From Macrostomum hystrix (taxonomy: Eukaryota > Animalia > Platyhelminthes): a stretch of 64,000 bases of DNA. Numbering within the stretch: position 1 is the stretch's first letter; every line of letters begins with the position of its first letter. Under the pieces are notes generated by a model, which saw only the letters and a program-made list of their open reading frames with translations, did not search any database and was not told the DNA's origin. The stretch spans positions 19,096,001 through 19,160,000 of the forward strand of contig CATNEN010000001.1 of assembly GCA_950097015.1 (NCBI GenBank), read 5' to 3'. The translations under genes were made by a program, and so were the position numbers. Positions 36,460 through 47,383 of the stretch are shown piece after piece.

Positions 36460-36813
36460 ATGGAGGAAATCCGCGCAGTCGTGCACCGAGCCATCTCGAT
36501 GATCATCGACTCGTGCGGTGGTGTTATCGAGCTGCTCCAACTGTGCACCTCCATGCGAGCAGTTGGTGTCTCGCAGGGCGAGGTATTGGCAGCCGGCTAC
36601 CCGTCCTTCATCGCTGCCATACAGTCGACGCCTGGCATCTCCGTCGTGCGGATGGAGGACGGGCGCGTATTTGTCGTCAGAGGGCCGCCGACACGCGAGA
36701 GAGTGCGCGAGCTATTGGCTGCGCCAATAAACATTGCCGACTTTTGGCTGCGCACTTGGGCTGAGCGGGTCGATCGTGGTGGTGGTGCTAGGCCGGACCT
36801 AGGTCGGAATTAA
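36460..36813 (+). CDS. Stand-alone LOTUS (OST-HTH)-like protein, paralog 2
   Basis: ISMIIDSCGGVIELLQL..MR..AGYPSFIAAIQSTPGISVV..DGRVFV..TRERVRELLAA fits the LOTUS G(F/Y)xxxxxxLxSxP core plus the C-terminal extension helix. Confidence 0.65.
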   Translation: MEEIRAVVHRAISMIIDSCGGVIELLQLCTSMRAVGVSQGEVLAAGYPSFIAAIQSTPGISVVRMEDGRVFVVRGPPTRERVRELLAAPINIADFWLRTWAERVDRGGGARPDLGRN

Positions 36814-38037
36814 CTAAGTCGACAAATGGGAACCTAGAATCGGAGATGAATTAGGAACAGGGGTTTCCGGGAGATTAACTGACTTGGAGATGGATGGAAG
36901 CAAAATGGGGATAAATTTTTAACATGGGATTGAAATGGGGATAGTTTTTTGCTGTATACAGTATTTCTGATTTAGCTCTTCTTCTGCTTCTTTTCTTGCC
37001 CCCGATGGGAGTGGACCTGAGAGTTCCTTAGCTCGGTCCGACCTCAGGCCACTGCCCAGGGGCTCTCCTGGTCTTGTGCTTACCTCATTCTCTACTCTTG
37101 TCCAACCTTTCCTCTCGTCTCTCCTATCTTGACATCTCTTCCTTTTCATTTTCCCTTCCTTTAGATTTTCTCGCCGTCTTTAAACGTAACTTAATGTAAT
37201 ATTTTATTCATTATTATTCATTATTTACTCATTAATATTCATTATGTACTTTTTTAAATTGTAAATGTGAATGTTCAACATAAAAACATAATACTAATAA
37301 TAGCAAATAAAAAACATTACAATTAAAAAAAACTCAAATATTTGATAGTGATTTAGCAGATGTCGCAGCGCCTTTTACTTCGTTATTTCCTCAAATAACT
37401 AAAATATCAGAGAGCTTATAGCCGCCTGCGTGACTAAAAGTGTTGCACTATGCGCAACACAGTGCTTAGTGAATTCTCTATGTATGCAAGAATTAAGTGC
37501 TATGGCAGCTTGGGTCTGCGTCAGTGAGCTATTGGCCAATTAAGACGCGCCACATGCTACTTTTAAGCCATAGAGGACACAGCCACAAGGTCAGAGACTG
37601 CCGATCGATTTAATTTAGGCCAATAAATTCGCGGTCTGTAAGAATGCACATAAAATGAGGCCAGTACTTTTGGCCAGAGACTAAATTAATAACTGACGCA
37701 CTGTCGTTATGTGATCGGCATGTGAGAGAACAAGAAACCTCTTCTGGGGCTCTCACAGTGGGGAGTCTCGGCATACATGTAGCAGCCAAACATCGAACTC
37801 TATAATATAGAACTGATTGCTCGACGAGGTCGATTGATTGACATACACACGCTGATTGTACTACATAGCAAATGAAAAATTATGTTTTTAAAATTTATAA
37901 ATGATTCAGAGGCTTATAATTTTTACAGCCGGGATGTTGTTGTTGTTGTTGTTGTTGTTGTTAGGTACAACATAAAAATAAGTGATTTATGTGCTCAACG
38001 CAGCACTCAATCGAATATAAATGCAGCAGCGATGACA

Positions 38038-38140
38038 ACAGTACGGGACAATGTGCGCGCACAACACTTAAAATAGTGTATTCCATAATGGGATATAGGG
38101 GCATATATATATTTATTTAGATGCACGCACAACGGACTGT
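38038..38140. repeat. Degenerate inverted-repeat element with GTGCGCGCAC core (copy 1)
   Basis: ACAGTAC..TGTGCGCGCACAACACTTAAAA ... TGCACGCACAACGGACTGT; related to 41550 and 46300. Confidence 0.55.
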
Positions 38141-38225
38141 ACATAGCATGTGTTGATTGAGCATGTATACTGAATTCAGTTCATACACCTATATGGCACT
38201 GCATCAATTTGTAATAACAATAGCT

Positions 38226-41088
38226 ATGACAGACAACGAGTCGTGCTGCATCTTCTGTGGCGACGGCAGACCGCAGACGCATCCGAAGCGCCACTTCCTG
38301 AGGAGGCACGCGGAGGAGGCTGTGCGCCAATTCTGACTCGATGATGCCCCAGTCAAGGTGCGGCCGTCCGAGGCATCTTGGGCGGCGGCGTTAGCCAAGC
38401 AGCGTGCCCAGATGGTCTGGCTCTGCCTGACGTGCAGCACCCATACGCGCAGCTCAGCCAACACTGAGCATGTACACGCATGCCCAGCCTGCGGCAAGGT
38501 GCTGCGTAGGACGGCAAGGCAGCACAGGTGTCCAGCAGTGCCAGCTGTTGTCGCTACCGTTTCTGTGGACCAACAGCAGCCACCGCCTCCGCAGCAGATG
38601 CCACCACCGCATCCGCAGCAGATGCCACCACCGCCTCCGCAGCTGCCTTCCGAGGCAGAACCAGCTGAATACGAGGCTGGGTCTCTGTTGGCCGAGCTCT
38701 ACAGCATCGCCGCGCCGTCAGTTGACGGTCGACAGTCAGCGGCCAGTGCTCGGCTGTCGTCAGCCAGCCGTCCAGCCGTCCGGCGACGCCAATTTGACCC
38801 GACTGCGCCGCTGCTGCTGATGTCCTCACAGGATGACGCTGACGATGGAGATGACGATGTCGGCTTGCAGGAGCTACTGCCCGGAACCAGCATCAGAATG
38901 CGGACTCTGTCGACGGTCCATACGGTGGCAGCAGAGTCTTCCTCTTCGGCTGCCTGTCTGCAGTTGGCGGTGCAGGCCACTAAGTCGGCGCTTAATCGTC
39001 CCAGCACGTCATCGGCTGTGGTGTCGGCTGCACAGAGGCCGCTAGTGAAGCTGGCAGCTACTCCGCCGAGGCAGCGTCGAGCAGCTGCAGCAAGGTGGGC
39101 TGCGTTGAAGATAAAACTGGCCAGTGCCGAATTCGACCGGCTTCAAAAGTCCATATTCGGAGCAGAACTGCAGCAGGAAGCGTCGACAGCCGATCAGAAG
39201 CAGCAGCAACAGCGTCGCGGTCCGCGCTGTCGACACTTTCGCACGTCGCCACCTGCGAAGCCCGTGCCACCAGAGCTGCTGCAGCTGTTGGGTGACCGGC
39301 CCAGCATCTCCGCAACGGTGGAACGCCTGCGGGAGCTATGGTGGAGGGACCCATCGCGGGCCAGGATTGCGGCCAACTTGTGCCACCAGCAGCGTTGGCG
39401 GGACATTAGCAGGTCCGTGAGCTCGACGCTTCTACGCACCTGGCAGCGAGCGGGGATCTCGCTTGCAGACCTGCTGCTTCAGCCGGACAGGGTGCAGGAC
39501 TGCTTCAGCGCTGAAACAGTCGGTGACGCCATGCAGCTGGCCCAGTCGACTGCTGCTCGCAAGTGCCAGGAGCTTGTCAGCATCTGCCGCTGCATGGAGG
39601 GCTGGCTACGCGTGAGGGGCCTGCGAGGCGCCAATGCCATCATGGCCGCCGTTGGCTTGCGCGAAGCCGAGCTGTTCTGCAGCATCGACTCACCCTTGCC
39701 TGACACCGAGCGCCCTGCTATTGAGGACGTTGACTCTGTCGGCAGTGGCGTCTGCTGGAGAATGCAGTTGGCGCAGAAGGCCAACAACCCGCTGGCGGCT
39801 GAGCAGGCTCTCATCGCCCGCCTTAGCAGCGTGGTGCAGCAGGCTCGTGGCGAGTTCGGCAATGTCCGAGCCATACAGCAGGTAGGCTATAGCTGCACAG
39901 CAGCTGCATTAATGACAGTTAGTTCTATTTGGTTTCGTGCTGCTATCTACTAGAAGTAAACGCAACCACATTTATACTATGCAGGCCGTCTACAAGCTTG
40001 GCCACAATGAGCGGCAGGTGGCCTTCATGGACACTTACATCAACGTGGACGAGGTTGATGCCGTGTTCGCCCGCCGTGATCGTTTTTTTGCCATGCTACA
40101 AAGGCACAGCTGGACTTTGCTGCCAGTCGACGGCGAATGGGGCATGCAGGCAGCAGGTGTGGTCGCTGATGGCATCGCTGATGTCACCAAAGACAACGGC
40201 GAAGCAGATGATGGTGCCTTCAGTCGCCGGATGGTTTGTCTGCGGAGGATTGTGCAGGAGATGCTGTTCTACTGCAGCATTGAGCAGCCCCTGCGACTCC
40301 TGCCGTGGATCTACATCCGTCGGCGACACCTGGTCGACCGTTCGGTTCGGCGAAACGCGTCGGCCGACCAAAAACAGCTGTTCCGCCAACACACGCAAAG
40401 TGCAGATGGGGAGAGCGGGCCGTCCGCTGCCGATCTGGCTGGGCACTCGCATCTCGTCCTGCCGCTGCGTGAAGTGCCGCACAAGGTCGGACACTCCGGC
40501 GACCCAGCCAGGATGGTGCTGCCGGATCTATTCTGCGAGGCCTTGCTGCGCCTGCACGACGAATATATCGTGCCGTCGCTTGCTGCTCGCGGCATCGAGC
40601 AACCGGAGTCGCCGACCGTCTTCATTGATGTGTTCGGCGGTGTGTACAGCCAGTCGGCAATGAGCCGCATGATCAGCGCAGGCGGGCAGCGAGTACTGGG
40701 TCGGCACTATGTGGCCACGCACTGGCGTCGCACCCTCTGTGCCGTAGTGCTCATGATGGAGCCGGAGCAGCTGGATATGTTCGCCAGAGCGCACGGCACA
40801 TCTGCAGCTGTCATCCGGTACAATTATGGGCACAATGCCCAGATGGCCACCGAGATGGGCACAGTAATTCGCAGCCGCGATATTGTCCGCCGGTTTGTGG
40901 TGCCATCAGGTGACGCAGAGATGCGACCAATAGTTAGGCCGCCGACCCAGGGACTCATCAGCAGCCTGGCTGGTGGAAGTGGGGAGGTGGCGGCGAGCAC
41001 CCAACGAGCCGACGCAGTCCTGCACGGTAGACCGGTGGCCGGAAAGCGACGGCGGCTGCACTCAGTGGCGGAGCATAATTTTGATTGA
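38226..41088 (+). pseudogene. Zinc-finger plus tyrosine recombinase gene (exons 38226-39881 and 39985-41088), one premature TGA at 38334
   Basis: N-terminal CxxC/H clusters; phase-0 GTAGGC..TGCAG intron joins the two track ORFs in frame; C-terminal R (QPLR), K (HKVG), HxxR (HWRR), GTS-x7-Y arrangement of the phage-integrase fold. Confidence 0.75.
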
Positions 41089-41303
41089 TTCGCCCTGCCT
41101 GCCCGCCTGTCTGTCTGCCTGCTTTATTTAAGATTTTATATATACAATATATATAGTATATATATATTTAAATATTTAAATAGTGAGTGAAAAACACCGT
41201 GGGGCAGATAAAGGGGGCCGGGACAGAGAGAAAACACGCAGAGAAAACATGCACAGGCCTTCGAGGGAGGGATAATTGAATTCGTTTGACTGCATGTTAC
41301 TGC

Positions 41304-41341
41304 AGCGTATAAAGCGCGCACATGTGCGCGCTTTATACGCT
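41304..41341. repeat. Perfect 38-bp palindrome
   Basis: AGCGTATAAAGCGCGCACA|TGTGCGCGCTTTATACGCT. Confidence 0.95.
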
Positions 41342-41549
41342 AATGTTATTATAATTGATATTATATGCTATAGTTAAGAATATTGATTGTATTGATTGAC
41401 TGATTACTCCCGTTGATAATATTATACTTTATTGTTTTTGTTGATAGAATTATTTAATTAGCCATAGATTTATCTGACAATTATTAAACAAATGCTGCTA
41501 ACTGCTCTACTTATAGTAGTCAAGTAAGCAATTTAATTTTAGATTTAGG

Positions 41550-41664
41550 TACAGTTCATAGTGCGCGCACAATACTTAAAAAATATATAAGGATCGTCGT
41601 TCTAAAATTAGAGCTGACATGCCTTATATATTTTTTAGGGAATGTGCGCGCACTACAGACTGTA
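41550..41664. repeat. Inverted-repeat element, TA-CAGT..ACTG-TA, GTGCGCGCAC core (copy 2; MITE-like)
   Basis: TACAGTTCATAGTGCGCGCACAAT..ATGTGCGCGCACTACAGACTGTA. Confidence 0.75.
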
Positions 41665-43154
41665 GACATTGAATTTCGTAGAATTTAGCGCGAATTTGAA
41701 ATTTTAGTTTCTTATATAAAATCTATAAATAACTGATTAGCACTATATGCAGCTGTTAATTGCCGTTATTAAATCGTACTACTATATTATATGTATAGCT
41801 TTTTGCGTCCATCCAAATTGTATTTTAATGCACACATCATTACTACATGTATTTTAATAGATTGTTGTTTCAGATGCCGCTTGTTGATTATCATCTTAAA
41901 TTAGTTTTTTTCAAATCCATACGTACCGTCTACATGTAGTTCTTGATCGAATGCTTTTTCTTGATTTATGTCCTTTATTCACACAATAATGCATGCAGTC
42001 AGCTTTTCATACCATATACTAGTATACTTGCTCAAATTATTATAGCTCAATTATTATAAATTATAATAACACAAATAGCGCCCAAATAAGCACATAACAA
42101 CTGCGTGTGTGTAAAATTATTTTTAGACTACTATTAATAAAGGAATGCGATAAACTCAAGACATAGACAAAGCTTAGGCACATAGAAACTAAATTTTATC
42201 AGGAAGGACTGTATTGCTCATCTTGAGCACACAAGTCAAAGAGAGCTAGCTCGCGCACTGATTGATTTCTCTATGCCAATCGATTAAGACAGACTCGATC
42301 GTTCCCAAGCTACACTTTGATTTTCAATACCAACTCTATTAATCAACCAAATCAGCTCCTTCGTGATCTACTATTTCGTTTCGACTGCCCCCTACACTGT
42401 TCCGATTGCTCCGCTCCAGCTGCGACCCCAACGACGACGACTGCGTTTAAAGTGATTTTTATCTGCGCTCCACAAGGTAGGCAATCATTGTTAATTATTC
42501 TAGCTGCCCATCTATCTAACTTGTTGGAGAGCAGCAACAGCAACAACAACAACAACTATTTGTTGGCGGTGAGGGATTAAAAAGTTTAATGGAGCCGGTA
42601 CAGAAAAAGTAGAACGGCAATAAAATGGGGACAATTGAAATTGTCGACAGCCTGCGACATATGCTAAATGAAAATATTGACTCTGAAATAATAGAACTCA
42701 AAATAAAAGCAATCAGATAAGAGCGAGAAGCGATCCTGAGAACAAGTAATAAATGCCATCTCCATCTCTTAGCACATCTAGACTGACGAGCAACAAAAAC
42801 ACTAGGAAAACACTGCGCGCTATTTAATTCAATTAAACTAATCCCATCTAATGCTTTATAAATTGCTATAGTCCGCGCACATTTCTGCTACCCCGTTTTC
42901 TGCAACTGCGTGCCAGGTATAGATTATAATATATGGTGCTGTTAAACAGCCGAACCCAAAAGCCATTCCTTATTTAGCCCAATAAGGACTAATATTTTGT
43001 TATGTACGAGCTCGTAATATTTTGGCCGTCTAGCTATTTCTGCCTGCCCACATCTGCTAACCCGCTTTAAGATGGTGGTGGAGACAAAATACGGGCGCAG
43101 GGATGAAATAACTTAGCAATAGACAGACAGACAGACAGACATATAAAGGCGGCC

Positions 43155-45947
43155 TCATTCAACCTGGGCGTTGGCGGCGGCGGCTCCGAACATCGGCTGC
43201 TGGCGGCACCCCCCCTGGCAGGCCTGGATGTCGTGGTCGACCTCGACGCATGTATTGCCCTCGTTGCGCAGGCGCCGCTGCACGTCAGCCGGGTAGTCGT
43301 CAGGTGAGGCGTGGCCGGCCATGATCACCAGCCGTTGGCCCCAGTCCAGGTAGACGTGCGCCTGGTGCTTCGCATTGACCAGGAAGCTGTTGCCGTTCAG
43401 CAGGCGCAACAGCGTGGTCTCCAGGTCGCCGCCCTCGAACATGTGCGGCCGCACCTCGTCCAGAAAGATGACGGAGTGGCGCGCGGTGTCCAGGCCGTCG
43501 AACATGAAGTCATTGCCACCGAAGCGCTTGATGACCGGACAGAAGACGCGCTCCTGGCCCAGGTGGCGCTCGACGGCGGTGGTCTTGCCGACTCCCGACG
43601 GCCCGTAAAGGTACACAACGCCCGACTGGTGGCGAAGGGCTGTGCAGACGGCCTCTCGGAGCGGGCACAGGTTCCTAATGTCGGCAGCCTCGGTGGAACA
43701 TGCGGAACAGCCGGCGAGCTGCTCCCTGCGAATCCGGCGCTGGCGCTGCACGTCTCTAAAGACCCCCAGCAACGTGGCGCGCATCTGCTGGTGGGCCAAC
43801 AAGAAGCCGTCAGTCTGGTCGGGCAGGTTGGCAGTCAGCGGGTAGGACAGCGCCCACCGAGTCGCTTGCACCAGCATGCTGCACTGCGTGGCGCCGATCC
43901 CGATCAGCAGCGGGTAGCCGTCGTGCTGCGTCAGGCTCCGCAGCACACTGTCTGGCGAGCGGACGCCGCACAGCGTCAGGGTGGTCCGGTCGGGCACCAC
44001 AAAGCAGCGTCCCTCGTCTCGGCTAGGCAGCAGGCTGAACAGCAGCTCGTACAAATGCCAGCCGGCCGCGTTGGTCTCCAGGCGCACGAAGCCGGACAGA
44101 GTGCGGTGTGGCCGATACTCGCTGTGCTGCTGCTGCTGCTGCTGTTGCTCCATCTCGTCGACGGAGAGCGGGTCAGCGACTAGCCGCCGGTCGCAGAACT
44201 CATCCATGCCGACGCAGAGGCCCGGGCTGGACGCCAGGACGAGCTCGACACAGTGTGCCTCCAGAGCCTCGCCCAGATATACCTTGGCACGCCCTGTTTA
44301 TGTAGGCAGCATGGAAACAGTGGATGCCAGCAGCTGGTTATATGATTCAGAGCTTATGAACAAAGCAAGTGACTCACCGACGAAGCGCACCTTGTCGATG
44401 TGGAAGACGTGCAAATAGCGGCGCCCGGTCAGAATGCCGCTGTCCTCGGGCAGTCGCTCCGCAGGAGCAGCACCGGTCATTGCGAGCGGCCGGCTGACTG
44501 AGCGCGTCACAGTGAACTGCTGCTGTGCTGCTGCCGCATTAAGCAGCGGATTTTGGCCCAGCCGTCGCACCCCTCGGCCGCCTCGTTGTCCTCTGGCGCC
44601 GCCGACCCCGCTCCCGCTCGCCTCGCTGTCCCCCTGCTGTTACTGGAGGAAGTGAATAAGCTGTGCCGCAGACGCCGGCGGACTGTAGCTGAAGGGCACC
44701 AGCGAGGGAGGACGCTCGAGCTGCACCTGCTCTTGTTGCTGCAGCGGCTGTGGTGTTAATATGCGCCACCACTCCTCGCCGACAGGGACGGACTGGCTGG
44801 CCTCATTCATAGCGGCCACCACGGCTGCTGCGAATGCCGCTGTGCCAGGCGACACCACGTAGGCCGTCGTCTCATCTTCCGGACGCTGAGACGGTGTGGT
44901 CTTGGCGACTGCTAATCGTCGGCCATCGGGCTGCGAGTCTGGCACCATGGCGCCCACAATGGAGCAGTCGGCAGCAGCAGCAACAGCGGGAGCAGTCGTT
45001 TCGAGCCGCTGGAAACGGAATCTCCGCCTCCCTGGCTGCTGTTGTTGGTCGGCCGCGACTTGAGGCGGTTTCGGCACCGTGCTGGCGGCCTCCTCCATTT
45101 CCGCATCAGCGCCCGACGGTGGGGGATCTGCAGCGACTGACAGCGCAACGGTGGACGCCTCGTAGTCCAGCAGTGCCTGCAGAGCATCGCGGTCGTCGCT
45201 ATCCATCGCCGCCTCCTGCTCGTTAGGCTCCGATGGCTCCGCCTTTGTGCGAGTTGCCGCTGTCGGCCTGCCGTTATCGGCGCGCTCGTCGTCGACGTCC
45301 TCAATCTCGATGACGACGGGGCTGCGAGGCTGTAGGGCTGCCGTGGACATGTCGGGCGCATCAGACGCCGCCCCGTCGCCATCGCCGCAGTTGGCAGGAG
45401 CATGTCGCCTGACGTGCCTGATCGCTGCCGGCGATGACCATCTGCTGGTGGCCTTCTTGGCACTCCGGTGCTGATCTCCGAGCCAAGCCAGCATGCTCCC
45501 TTTTGGCGCAGTCGAGGCTGAGGCTGCCATCGCGTGGGAGATGGGCGCGTAGACGGCCGATATACTGGCAGGCGGTGGCTGCTGATTGCCTGTGGACATC
45601 TGGTCACTGGCAGGCTGCTGCTCTCCAGTGTTTAGGCGCATGACACCGCTCAATGGCAGCAGGCTGAAGTCGTCGGCGTCGCTGCTGATGTTAGCCACCG
45701 CTGCTGTCTGCACTGGGGTGAAAGTATATATACGCTTTGGGCCTGGCGTAGATTCTGCGGCTGCTGCATTGACAATCCGACGTTGAGAGGGAGCGCTCTT
45801 TCTTTTTCGCTGTGATGGTGGCTGGCGAGTTGATGACGCTACCGGCCCGGCGGAGTTACTATCTTGGGCAACTCTCTCAAACTCGTCCAGCGCGGCCGCA
45901 ATTCGCTCATCGTCGCTGTCGCAGCCGGTTGAAAAGTTGAACGACAT
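43155..45947 (-). pseudogene. CRESS-Rep-like protein with SF3 helicase (exons 45947-44378 and 44293-43155), long disordered N-terminus, one premature TAA at 44640-44642
   Basis: Walker A GPSGVGKT, Walker B IFLDE, B' VNAK, motif C region VIMAGH, Arg finger QRRL; GTGAGT..ACAG 84-bp intron keeps frame; Rep-like N-domain with degenerate motifs II and III. Confidence 0.7.
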
Positions 45948-46166
45948 TCTGTGCTTCCGCAGGTTAATTATAGGCGCGTTCAAATTTGGATGTATGAAAA
46001 TGAGCAGGCTGCAGAAAGCCAACGCAGTCCCAGGTACTCAACTTCAACTGGGTGCAACAGGGTGGGATTCGCTATTAATAATAGAGTCCCAAGTACGTCC
46101 CAAGGAGGAGGAGCAGGCTATTTAGGATGAGCAGCAGATAGTACCAGTGTTACTACTACTTATAGT

Positions 46167-46204
46167 AGATCAATATGCGCGCACATGTGCGCGCATATTG
46201 ATCT
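46167..46204. repeat. Perfect 38-bp palindrome
   Basis: AGATCAATATGCGCGCACA|TGTGCGCGCATATTGATCT; same 18-bp core as 41304-41341. Confidence 0.95.
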
Positions 46205-46299
46205 TATAGCTTTAAACTGATAGATTGAGATTCTATTAATAGGTGCTTAATTAGGTTAATTCGGATCCCGGTTAAGTTGATTGTGTACTTTTAGCTAGA

Positions 46300-46432
46300 A
46301 GTACAGTTCATAGTGCGCGCACATTACTTAAAAATATATAAGGACTTGCCTGCTATTTTTAGGTAGATAAGCACCTCGCATCGTCTTATGTATATATTTC
46401 TTAGGGATTGTGCGCGCACCACGAACTGTACT
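46300..46432. repeat. Inverted-repeat element, TA-CAGT..ACTG-TA, GTGCGCGCAC core (copy 3; MITE-like)
   Basis: AGTACAGTTCATAGTGCGCGCACA..TGTGCGCGCACCACGAACTGTACT. Confidence 0.8.
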
Positions 46433-46586
46433 CTTATACGGTCTATTTTTAGGTTATCCAAAAAAAACTTCCCGGTATCGAGTTGGATCTGCCACCTTAG
46501 TTCTTTTATTGGTGCAGACTTGGTTTGGGTTCACAAACAGGGATAAGTTATTTTAACTGTCTAGTAGCTAAGTCTTTTTGCTGCTG

Positions 46587-47006
46587 CTACTGCTCCATTC
46601 GATATTCGCGACTCCGGAACAACTCTCGCAGTCTTGCCCTTTGCTGCACGCCGCGCCAGTAGTCCAGCCCGTGTAGAATGTGCTGCAGCTCCGAACAGGT
46701 GTCCTCCAGCAGGCCTAGCAGCTCGGCCAAGTCGAAAGCCTCGTTCTCTGTTAGGCAGGTCACCTCCAGGATGGTCTCGTAGCCCGCAGCTGTCTGGTGT
46801 TGTAGCAGCCAGTCCAGGAGGCTCTTCAGCAAGGTGTGTAGCTGGGTGGCATTCAGCTCAGCATTCGGGCAGTGGCGCTGCAGGCAGGTCAGCTGCTCCA
46901 GTCGTCCTCGGTACGCCAGGAACGGGGCCAGGCAGGCGATGTCGCATCTGGCCAGGAGTGCCACGATGGCCGGCGAGCCGAACAGCGCCACAGGATGAGC
47001 ATTCAT
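46587..47006 (-). CDS. Unknown Leu-rich, probably all-helical 139-aa protein
   Basis: GC-rich ORF in AT-rich flanks, TATA-like sequence upstream; no family confidently recognised. Confidence 0.5.
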   Translation of the reverse strand: MNAHPVALFGSPAIVALLARCDIACLAPFLAYRGRLEQLTCLQRHCPNAELNATQLHTLLKSLLDWLLQHQTAAGYETILEVTCLTENEAFDLAELLGLLEDTCSELQHILHGLDYWRGVQQRARLRELFRSREYRMEQ

Positions 47007-47383
47007 CGTGGTTCTACGCACCCAACAATGTCGTGAGTGCAGCAGCAACGCGTCTAACACTAGCTAATACCGCTATAGTCACTATATATCCCACAGTATA
47101 TTGGAAAATTTTCGATCGATAATCACAGTGCGAAATGGGTCCCTAACTCAGGTGCGGGCAGTGGCATGGGGCTGCAGTCATCATGTAACGTAAGATAATA
47201 CCCTGCATGAAACTCATTTCATAGAATGTTCGAACTGCATTCCGCTGCTGTCACAACTGCGCCATTTGAAACAAAATTATCATGACTGGTATATGTATTC
47301 AATCAGCCAACCGATCTCGCACCTAACACTGCAACAATTGCTATCAGTAGTCATCAATTTAGAATTATAGCAAAGCGGGTCGC

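Noticed and set aside
43155-44207. Helitron RepHel or Polinton ATPase
   Set aside because: The helicase is SF3-type with CRESS-like spacing, not the PIF1/SF1 helicase of Helitrons; no PolB, integrase or capsid genes of Polintons nearby
38470-45786. Numerous alternative-frame and antisense ORFs over the YR and Rep genes (likewise over gag, pol and the LINE RT)
   Set aside because: Shadow ORFs of GC-rich coding sequence with no motifs
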